Shown in pieces: positions 1 to 8,784 of a stretch of 23,888 bases of DNA. This stretch comes from Octopus sinensis. Its lineage: Eukaryota. The stretch's first letter is position 1. Every line of letters starts with the position of its first letter. The translations under genes were made by a program, and so were the position numbers. The stretch covers positions 1 to 23,888 of the forward strand of contig NW_021836238.1 of the NCBI RefSeq assembly GCF_006345805.1, written 5' to 3'. The notes beneath the pieces are model-generated. The model searched no databases. It worked only from the letters and a program-made list of their open reading frames with translations, and was not told the DNA's origin.

Positions 1-127
1 TTTGCTTTCTCCTCTCCTCAAAATTGCTGGCCTTGTGTTAAAACTTAAACCCAAAGGCAGCGACTTGGTGGAATCATTAGTGCGTCGGATGAAATACTTA
101 GAGGTATTTCTTTCGAAATCTGTGTTC
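1..127 (+). mobile_element. Degraded SINE family A fragments (short-tail end, then a truncated tRNA-like head)
   Basis: 1-50 resembles the short tail (caaaattgctggccttgtg). 54-118 resembles the head (aaggcagcgacttggtggaatcattag...ttagaggtatttc). The head is interrupted by the minus copy at 135-350. Confidence 0.55.
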
Positions 128-134
128 CAATACC

Positions 135-350
135 TATTTCTTTATTACCCACAAGGGGCTAAACAAGGACAGACATAGGTATTAAATCGATTACATCGAC
201 CCCAGTGCGTAACTGGTACTTAATTTATCGACCCCGAAAGGATGAAAGGCAAAGTCGACCTCGGCGGAATTTGAACTCACAACGTAACGCAGACGAAATA
301 CCGCTAAGCATTTCGCCCGGCGTGCTAACGTTTCTGCCAGCTCGCCGCCT
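135..350 (-). mobile_element. Full-length tRNA-derived SINE, family A (long-tail type), with 15-16 bp TSD
   Basis: Minus strand: head aaggcggcgagctggcagaaacgttagc (A box), B box gagttcaaattcc, central gtcgactttgcctttcatcctttcggggtcgataaattaagtaccag (recalled as Meta/MESC-like, unverified), tail agccccttgtgggtaataaagaaata. Direct repeat ctgtgttccaatacc at 120-134 and 352-366. Confidence 0.9.
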
Positions 351-604
351 TCTGTGTTCCAATACCGTTGTGGTCCACTTATCCCCTCAGCTCAAAATTG
401 ATAATAAATCGTGCATATGATGATTTATTATCGGTTGGCAGATACCAGCACGGATTACCGAAAAGTTTGTTCGTTGAAATTATAAAGAATAGTTTCAACT
501 GTTTTTAGATTCATTAGTCAGAGGTGCCACTGACTGACGTGGCGCGGAAATGTCGAAACACCGGTTATCACCGAGTCCTTTCCGCTAATGAATTGTTTCA
601 AATT

Positions 605-805
605 TTTGCACAAGACTCTTATGTTTAGAGAAGGGGCAAGTCGATTTCATCGACCCCAGTGTTCAACTGGTATTTATTTTATCGTTTCAAAGGGATGAAA
701 GGTAAATTCTACTTCAGCAGAATTTGAGCACAGAACATAATGAAGCTGAAGAAATGCAGCTAAGCATTATGTCCGAGGCTCGACTGAGTCTGTCAGCTCA
801 CCTTC
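605..805 (-). mobile_element. Diverged SINE family A copy (short-tail type)
   Basis: Visible homology to family A (gtcgatttcatcgaccccagtgttcaactgg...agaatttgagcacagaac...ctgtcagctcaccttcctt). Confidence 0.75.
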
Positions 806-892
806 CTTGCCCTAATAAATCGATTGTGTTATGGACGCACGTTTGTCGTTAAAGAGAAATTGTTATCCCGTGAGGAAACATAGGAGCGGTTG

Positions 893-1110
893 GCGGCGAG
901 CTAGCAGAAACGTTAGCACGACGGGCGAAATACGTGGCCGTATTTCGTCTGCCGTTACGTTCTGAGTTCAAATTCCGCCGAGGTCGACTTTGCCTGTCAT
1001 CCTTTCAGGGTTGCTAAATTAAGTACCAGTCGCGTACTGGGGCCGATCCAATCGACTGCCCCCCCCTGCCCCAAAATTTCGGGCTTTGTGCCTAGAATAG
1101 AAAAGAATAG
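893..1110 (+). mobile_element. SINE family A, short-tail type
   Basis: Head ggcggcgagctagcagaaacgttagcacg, B box gagttcaaattcc, central domain, tail ccccaaaatttcgggctttgtgcctagaatagaaaag. Confidence 0.88.
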
Positions 1111-1129
1111 TGAAGTTGTAATAAGACGG

Positions 1130-1875
1130 CGAGCTGGCAGAAACGTTACCACGCCGGACGAAATGCTTAACGGTATTTCGTCTGCCGATATGTTCTGAGT
1201 TCAAATTCCGCCGAGGTCGACTTTACGTTTCATCCTTTCGAGGTCGATTAAATAAGTACCAGTTACGCACTGCGGTCGATATAATCGACTTAATCCTTTT
1301 GTCTGGCCTTGTTTGTCCTCTCTGTGTTTAGCCCCTTGTGGGTAGTAAAGAAATAGGTATTTCGTCTGCCGCTACGTTCTGAGTTCAAATTCCGCCGAGG
1401 TCGACTTTGCCTTTCATCCTTTCGGGGTCGATAAATTAAGTATCAGTTACGCACTGGGGTCGATGTAATCGGCTTAACCCCTTTGTCTGTCCTTGTTTGT
1501 CCCCTCTGTGTTTAGCCCCTTGTGGATAGTAAAGAAATAGGTATTTCGTCTGCCGCTACGTTTTGAGTTCAAATTCCGCTGTGGTCGACTTTGCCTTTCA
1601 TCCTTTCGGGGTCGCTAAATTAAGTACCAGTTACACACTTGGGTCGATGGAATCGGCTTAACCCCTCAGTCTGTCCCTTGTGAGCAATAAAGAAATAAGA
1701 AACGTTAGCACGCCGGGCGAAATGCTTAGCGATATTTCGTCTGTCTTTACGTTCTGAGTTCAAATTCCGTCGGGGTCGATAAATTAAGTACCCGTTGCGC
1801 ACTGGGGTCGACGTAATCGACTAGCCTCCTCCCCAAAGACTTCGAGCCTTGTACCTAGAGTAGAAAAGAATATTG
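1130..1875 (+). mobile_element. Head-to-tail array of four SINE family A units
   Basis: Junctions at 1356/1357 and 1540/1541 (aaagaaatag|gtatttcgtc; unit 184 bp) and near 1698 (aaagaaataa|gaaacgttagc). The last unit has the short tail. Confidence 0.9.
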
Positions 1876-2573
1876 AAGTTATATTTTAAGTCACTGATAT
1901 TGCTCATGCCTTAGAGAAAGACTTGAAGGTCTTTACATATCTTCTTCTTACTTTTTTTTTAAATGCCAGAGCTTCAATTTTGTATGAGGAAAGAAGGATT
2001 TGCTAAACACGAGCAGTATAAATAGTTGTGTTAATAAAGGAGTCGAGCCGGATGTTGCCATACGATACGTAAAAGTTGAAAGAGCCCTAAAGTAGATTTT
2101 GCTTTTCATCTCTCAAGTGTTAATAAAGTAAGTACCAGTAATATCAATCAATTTAGACCTCTAGTGTGCAATGAAAAGGTATATCATTATTTGTCAAACT
2201 GCTCAAGTCATTCGATTGTAATTAATTAAGAAAAATATTAATTAATACAAGAAAAAAAAATATATAATAAAACGCAGCATATTTTGTATTGCCCAAGTGA
2301 ATACGGAGACCCCATAGCCATAATTGAGAAAGTCATCAGTGCTTGAGATGCTAAACAGCAGGCATTTGTATAAAGTTACATCGAAAATCTGATGAGTTAG
2401 CATAAGATTTTATCTCTTTCTTCTGAAACTAATATTTTACACGTGCTATTTTTCTCCACTTTTATCCCCTCTCCTTTTCTCTTTCACCCCTTTTTTTTGT
2501 TTTTTTTTTTGAAATTTTGCATCTCTTCTTCTCAACTCTCAAATATCATTCAGAATAGTGTGTGTTTCAATGG

Positions 2574-2687
2574 TATTAGTCCTGAAAGAAATTATTTTCG
2601 CCGGCCCAGGGTGTGAGTATGTGTGTGTCCCGCCGCAACCGACTTCACTATAAACGGTAATGAGAAAGCGCATTATTAAAACATTCT
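2574..2687. repeat. Left copy of a 112-114 bp direct repeat flanking a SINE (probable very long TSD)
   Basis: tattagtcctgaaag...acattct recurs at 3072-3183 with two substitutions and one 2-nt indel. Confidence 0.9.
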
Positions 2688-3071
2688 GTGGAGGCGCAAT
2701 GGCCCAGTGGTTAGGGCAGCGGACTCGCGGTCATAGGATCGCGGTTTCGATTCCCAGACCGGGCGTTGTGAGTGTTTATTGAGCGAAAACACCTAAAAGC
2801 TCCACGAGGCTCCTCAGGGGATGGTGGTGATCCCTGCTGTACTCTTTCACCACAACTTTCTCTCACTCTTACTTCCTGTTTCTGTTGTACCTGTATTTCA
2901 AAGGGCCGGCCTTGTCACTCTGTGTCACGCTGAATATCCCCGAGAACTACGTTAAGGGTACACGTGTCTGTGGAGTGCTCAGCCACTTACACGTTAATTT
3001 CACGAGCAGGCTGTTCCGTTGATTCGGATCAACCGGAACCCTCGTCGTCGTAACCGACGGAGTGCTTCCTA
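2688..3071 (+). mobile_element. Full-length tRNA-derived SINE, family B
   Basis: Head gtggaggcgcaatggcccagtggttagggcagcggactcgcgg...gtttcgattcccagacc (A and B boxes). Body shared with 9476-9742. Flanked by long direct repeats. Confidence 0.9.
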
Positions 3072-3183
3072 TATTAGTCCTGAAAGAAATTATTTTCGCC
3101 GGCCCAGGGTGTGAGTATGTGTGTGTCCCCGCAACCGACTTCACTATAAACGTTAATGAGAAAGCGCATTATTATAACATTCT
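3072..3183. repeat. Right copy of the long direct repeat
   Basis: Near-identical to 2574-2687. Confidence 0.9.
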
Positions 3184-3318
3184 CCTTTGAATGAATCGAT
3201 TCCATTAAAAATTAATTTCATTTTAATTCATAAAACAACACACTTGGGACAGTAGAGATTATATTAATTACTGTTTAATATTCTTCACACGACTAAAAGT
3301 AATTAAAATCTTATTTAC

Positions 3319-4199
3319 TAATTAATATTGATTTCAAATGTTGGTATCAAACACGCAATTTCGGGGATGGGGTAAGTCGCTGAAAGGGTTCTTATTTTTA
3401 TAATCCCCGAAAGGATGAAAGACAAAGTCGACCTCGCAGAATTTGAACTCAGAGCGTGAAGACGGACAAAATATCGCTAAACATTTTGCTCGGCGTGCTA
3501 ACGATTCTGCCATCTCGCCACCTTACACCCTTTTAATTAATATTGATTTCAAATTTTGGTATCAAACACGCAATTTCGGGGATGGAGTAAGTCGCTGAAA
3601 GGGTTCTTATTTTTATAATCCCCGAAAGGATGAAAGACAAAGTCGACCTCGGCAGAATTTGAACTCAGAGCGTGAAGACGGACAAAATATCGCTAAACAT
3701 GTTGCCCGGCGTGCTAACGATTCTGCCATCTCGCCACCTTACACCCTTTTAATTAATATTGATTTCAAATTTTGGTATCAAACACGCAATTTCGGGGATG
3801 GGGTAAGTCGCTGAAAGGGTTCTTATTTTTATAATCTCCGAAAGGATGAAAGACAAAGTCGACCTCGGCAGAATTTGAACTCAGAACGTGAAGACGGACA
3901 GAATGTCGCTAAACATTTTGCCCGGCGTGCTAACGATTCTGCCGGCTCGCCACCTTACACGCTTTTAATTTATAGTGATTTCAAATTTTGGCACAAGGCC
4001 AGCAAGTTCGGGGGAGGGGTTAAGTCGATTACATCGACCCCCCAGTGTTCCACTGATCCTTATTTTATCGACCCAAAAAGAATGAAAGGCAAAGTCGTCC
4101 GTGGCGGAATTTGAACTCAGAACATAAAGACAGACGAAATGCCACTAAGCATTTGGCCCGGCGAGTAAACGATTCTAGCAACTCCTTACCTTAAGCTTT
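3319..4199 (-). repeat. Tandem array of SINE-A-plus-flank units (three of about 216 bp, one of about 234 bp)
   Basis: Units start at 3319, 3534, 3750 and 3966 (taattaatattgatttcaaa...). Each contains a minus-strand family A SINE. Confidence 0.9.
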
Positions 4200-4222
4200 T
4201 AATTAATACTAACCAGTAAAAT

Positions 4223-4520
4223 AAGGGAGCAAGCTAGCAGAGCTGTTAGCATGTGGGGTAAAATGCTTAGCGGCATTTCGTCCGTCTTTACGTTCTGGGT
4301 TAGCTTTTCATCCCTTTGGGGGGGGGGGCGTTAAAATAAGCACCAGTTCAATACTGGGATCGATGTAATCGACTTAACCACGAAATTGCTGACCTTGGGC
4401 CAAAATGTAAAACAAATATCAATTATAAGATTAAGGCGGTGAGCTGGCGAAATAGCTAAGCACGCCGCCTTAATCTTTGATGAAATAAGTACCAGTTGAG
4501 TACTGGGGTCGATGTAATCG
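4223..4520 (+). mobile_element. Two diverged, internally deleted SINE family A copies
   Basis: Heads at about 4223 (aagggagcaagctagcag) and about 4433 (aaggcggtgagctggc). Central motif ataagtaccagttgagtactggggtcgatgtaatcg. Confidence 0.75.
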
Positions 4521-4584
4521 TCTGGCCACTTCATCAGTAGAAAGGAATATTAATTTTAAGAGTGCTAATCTGTGTTTAGCATTG

Positions 4585-4762
4585 CTAGTATGGTCAAGAA
4601 ACTCACTTTGCAACGACCTGGTTTCGGGTTCAGTCCCACTGCGTGGCACCTTGAGTAAGTATCTTCTGCATTAGCCTCAGACTAACGAATGCCTTGTGAT
4701 TGAATTTGACAGATGGAGTCTATGCAGAAGCCTATCGTGTGTGTGTTGTGTGTGTGTGTGTG

Positions 4763-4800
<38 letters not shown>
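4585..4800 (+). mobile_element. 5' part of SINE family D (tRNA head + CORE-like domain) ending in (GT)n
   Basis: gggttcagtcccactgcgtggcaccttgagtaagtatcttct...gccttgtgattgaatttg matches the 7854-8268 copy. Confidence 0.75.
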
Positions 4801-4801
<1 letters not shown>

Positions 4802-5002
4802 CGTACATAATGCAATATATGAAGGTAAAGTAGAAAGCATTTTAGGATAACAACTCTCAAATAATTGCCAATATGTTTAAGGCCCACCAAAATTGTAGCC
4901 GGTCATTTCAAGTTACTGACTATCTTTCCTTGTCTGTTTCTTCCACACATAACCAATTTTGAGATTCTTTTAAATATAAAGAGAAGAAATTCTTCATCAT
5001 GC

Positions 5003-5142
5003 GAGTAGGAGACGTTTCGGTACAGCCGTTTTGGCGCCGCTTATTTGGCGTCGCTGATTCGATACTGACTTATTTAACCTCAGACATTTTAATATCAATC
5101 TCATTTTAATATTTTTTATTTCCTCCTCTCTCTTTCTCTTTC

Positions 5143-5179
<37 letters not shown>

Positions 5180-5775
5180 ATGTGTGTGAACACATTTTTC
5201 TTTATGTGTATCAAGAATAGGCATGTGTTTATGTCATTCGTGCTCAATTAATAAATAGTAATCTCTCTCTTTTTGTCTCTCACTCATCTTCCTATATTTT
5301 TATGCGGACATGTGTATGCATGTTCCTCTGTGTGTGTGTGCGTTTGCCTTCAGTGCCAAAACGTACTGTCATCAAAACAGGCTCAATGTACAGTCAGCCA
5401 TGCCAAATCGTCAGCGCCCAAACACCTGCGCCTAATAGACTCATTCCGTGTTTATGCATGATACGTCTTCTCCGACAGAATCGAATGCTTGATCGTCTTC
5501 TCCAACAGAATCGGAATGTTATGAAGATGTCAGCCGTGCCAAATCGTCAGCGCCCAAACGCCTGCGCCCAAAAGACTCATTCCGTGTTTATGCAGGATAC
5601 GTCTTCTCCGACAGAATCGAATGCTTGATCGTCTTCTCCAACAGAATCGGAATGTTATGAAGATGTCAGCCGTGCCAAATCGTCAGCGCCCAAACACCTG
5701 CGCCCAATAGACTCATTCCGTGTTGATGCTTGATACGTCTTCTCCAACAGAATTGGGTCGTTATGAAGATGTATA
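5003..5775. repeat. Possible non-autonomous DNA transposon relic with short sub-repeat termini; right end amplified as a 136-bp tandem repeat
   Basis: Units start at 5393, 5529 and 5665 (period 136), each with internal 30/31-bp subrepeats. The about 14-bp motif cgttt(t/g)ggcgc occurs at 5003-5053 and inverted in each unit. The tandem repeat is certain; the transposon origin is inferred. Confidence 0.55.
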
Positions 5776-6524
5776 TTTTGACACACGCCTTGACTGCAGA
5801 CGTATGCTTCACCCTTACTCCCTACTGCAAATATAATTCCCCTCTTTAGTTCCTTCAACCTCCTATTAAGAATCACCTTTCTTTCTCAGCCACCTCCTTT
5901 CCGCCTTCTGTCTCCAGATGTAATGCTACTTTAAACCTTTACACAATTTCTACACAGACACATATTAACACACATTGCTACAACTAAATACATCACTCTC
6001 ATTTTTAAACTAAAACAATACGAAAATATTTTCCTTTCGTATTTTTCTTAATGTCTGTGTATTTACGTTTATACGTATATTTATATCCTCACCACACTTA
6101 TATCCTCGCTGTACCTTTAAAGCCTTCTCACAGGTCCCTTATTTGAGTCAGTTATGGGTTTCTGTTTAACGCATCGCAATCGTTTCCTCCCACACTTGTT
6201 ACTTTGGCCACAGGGAATCAATCGAAAAAGCTGTTAGATAAACTAAACTCAAACTCGGAATCTCAGACAACGGTATTTTATGTCAATAGCAGAGATGTTA
6301 CAATGTAAACATTTACGAAAATATCAGCTCTCGAGACAGGAATATTTTTATGAACAACCTAACCATCCATCTTCTCCGCCTACTTTTCTCAGGAAGGTCG
6401 TTGGTGTGATGACCACAGGTACCTCTTCCATAAGGTCTTAAGAGCAGTAACTGTCATCAGGCTTTTTGGCCGAATTCACAAGAGTGACCAACTGAGAAAG
6501 TAAATGTTTACGAACTGTCTCATT

Positions 6525-6674
6525 CATTATTTACATTCGACGGATATTTGTCATCATCTTGTTTGTTGTTAACACAACGTTTCGGCTGATATACCTTCCA
6601 GCCTTCATCAGGTGTCTTGGGGAAATTTCGAACGTGGGTTCTCATTCCTAAAGTATTTTTCGATGCTGTTGTTG

Positions 6675-6729
<55 letters not shown>

Positions 6730-6769
6730 TGTTGTTGTTGTTGTTGTTGTTGTTCAAGTCACTGCTTGG
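6525..6769 (-). mobile_element. SINE-like element family E: end of tRNA head, (CAA)n(TAA)n, body, hammerhead ribozyme, tail
   Basis: Minus strand: ccaagcagtgacttgaac-(aac)n(aat)n-catcgaaaaatactttaggaatgagaacccacgttcgaaatttccccaagacac-HHR-aacaacaaacaagatgatgacaaatatccgtcgaatgtaaataatg. Confidence 0.75.
6571..6616 (-). ncRNA. Minimal type I hammerhead ribozyme (Penelope-like variant)
   Basis: RNA reads GACAC-CUGAUGA-A-GGCUG-gaagguauau-CAGCC-GAAA-CG-UU-GUGUU. Stem I is GACAC/GUGUU, stem II is GGCUG/CAGCC, the core is CUGAUGA...GAAA, stem III is the palindrome AACGUU, and the cleavage triplet is GUU. Confidence 0.85.
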
Positions 6770-6926
6770 AGCCCACGGGCATATGGCGTAGTGGTTAAGA
6801 GCGCGAGCTACTAACCCCAAGATTCTGAGGTCGATCCCAAGCAGTGACCTGAACAAGAACAACAACAACAACAATAATAATACTAATAATAATAATAATT
6901 ATTATTATTATCATTATTATTATTAA

Positions 6927-6985
<59 letters not shown>

Positions 6986-7095
6986 TATTATAATTATTAT
7001 TATTATCATCATCATCATCATTATTATTATTATTATTATCATTATTATTATTAACATTATTATTATTATCATCATCATCATCATCATCATCATTA

Positions 7096-7129
<34 letters not shown>

Positions 7130-7130
7130 G
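6665..7130. repeat. Compound (GTT)n/(TTA)n/(CAA)n/(TAA)n/(TCA)n microsatellite block
   Basis: Directly visible. Confidence 0.95.
6773..6898 (+). mobile_element. Inverted copy of the family E 5' end (complete tRNA-like head plus CAA/TAA run)
   Basis: A box tggcgtagtgg at 6784-6794; B-box-like ggtcgatccc at 6829-6838. Bases 6837-6853 are the reverse complement of 6753-6769 with one mismatch. Confidence 0.8.
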
Positions 7131-7543
7131 ATAATTTTCCCCGTCTTGTTTGCATTTCATATTTTCCCTTCATACTGTCAGTTCGTTTCTCTCACCATCT
7201 CACACACACATACACCACAAAGCATATACACAGCCGTCTACTTGGTTGTTTCAATTCATCAAACACCACAAGGACAGCAGCAATAGGGTTTGATGGAGAG
7301 AGAGAGAGAGAGACCAGATACTTATAGTTTTCCCAAATATTTTCATTCAATATATTCATGCGCGCGCAAACGCCAACATAGCTGTACAGGGGTATATATA
7401 TTCTCTGTAATTAACCTGACGCCGAAAGTAAAAGTAGATTTGCGAAGAGTGTGATCTCCCGGTCTTTCAGCTGGAGTTATTTCAACTACTTCATATGACC
7501 TGAGCAAACGAAAAGATGTCGAGACATACAGAAAATTACATAT

Positions 7544-7544
<1 letters not shown>

Positions 7545-7586
<42 letters not shown>

Positions 7587-7853
7587 AGTATATATATATG
7601 TTTGTATGTAATTTATTATATGTTTGTATGTATGTATGTATATATATGTATATATATATATGTATCTATATATAATATATATATATAATATATATCTATA
7701 TATATATATTATATTATATATATACATACAAATATATGAATACACATATATTACATATATATGTGCATAAATATGCATATATAGATAGATATGTATATAT
7801 ATGCATATATTCTGTATATATATATGTATATATATACACATAAATATATGCAT
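7545..7853. repeat. (TA)n/(TATG)n microsatellite
   Basis: Directly visible. Confidence 0.95.
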
Positions 7854-8268
7854 ACTCTTTACTCTTTACTCTTTACTCTTTTACTTGTTTCAGTCATTTG
7901 ACTGCGGCCATGCTGGAGCACCGCCCTTAATCGAGCAACTCGACCCGGACTTATTCTTTTTTGTAAGCCCAGTACTTATTTTATCGTCTCTTTTTTTGCC
8001 GAACCGCTAAGTGACGACGGGACGTAAACACACCAGCATCGGTTGTCAAGCAATGCTAGGGGGACAAACACAGACACACACACACACACATATATATATA
8101 TTGTATATACTCGTAGGCTTCTTTCAGTTTCCATCTACCAAATCCACTCACAAGTCTTGGTCGGCCCGAGCTATAGAAGAACACTTGCCCAAGTGCCACG
8201 CAGTGGACTGAACCCAGAACCAGTGGGTTGGTTAGCAAGCTACTTACCACACAGCCACTCCTGCGCCT
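7854..8268 (-). mobile_element. Full-length SINE family D (tRNA head, CORE-like domain, internal microsatellite, tail ending in (gagtaaa)n)
   Basis: Minus strand: aggcgcaggagtggctgtgtggtaag...gggttcagtccactgcgtggcacttgggcaagtgttcttct...gtgagtggatttggtagatggaaactgaaagaagcc-(TA/TG)n-...ggccgcagtcaaatgactgaaacaagtaaaagagtaaagag. Confidence 0.88.
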
Positions 8269-8337
8269 ATATATGTATATATATTTATATACACATACAC
8301 GCAGAGAGAAATATATGCATATATACACATAACTATC

Positions 8338-8370
<33 letters not shown>

Positions 8371-8563
8371 CTGTGTGTCTGTGTATAAATATACATATGC
8401 ATATTTATAAACATATATATGTGTATTCATATAATTGTATATGTGTATCTATGTAATATATATATATATATACCTACATAGGCATGTGTATATATTTATA
8501 TATATATATATGTGTGTGTGTGTGTACGTATATGTAGGTATGTATATGTGTGTATATAATATG

Positions 8564-8626
<63 letters not shown>

Positions 8627-8692
8627 TGTGCACACTCGCACACACATGCAGGCATACTAATAAGCAAGCATATACGGAGATGAGAGAAACAA

Positions 8693-8712
8693 AAGAAGGA
8701 AGGAAGGAAGGA

Positions 8713-8783
<71 letters not shown>
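8693..8783. repeat. (GGAA)n(GAAA)n purine microsatellite
   Basis: Directly visible. Confidence 0.97.

Positions 8784-8784
<1 letters not shown>

Noticed and set aside
516-570. Hammerhead-like words (ctgactga...cgaaacaccggtta)
   Set aside because: The core is not CUGANGA and I could not form consistent stems I and II.
1130-1875. Regularly spaced repeats resembling a CRISPR array (also 16227-17432)
   Set aside because: Units are whole about 184-bp SINE bodies with no unique spacers, in a eukaryotic context with no cas genes.
1890-2015. Frame VTDIAHALEKDLKVF reminiscent of kinase subdomain VI
   Set aside because: No HRD motif, wrong spacing and no splice sites; treated as coincidence.
2688-2765. 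tRNA gene calls for this and the other SINE heads (6777-6850, 12655-12723, 8195-8268)
   Set aside because: They have A and B boxes but no properly paired acceptor stem and run straight into SINE bodies, so they are tRNA-derived heads.
5302-5628. 108-aa ORF across the 136-bp repeat
   Set aside because: It starts in a (TG)n tract, and the 136-bp period is not a multiple of 3, so the frame is not conserved between units.
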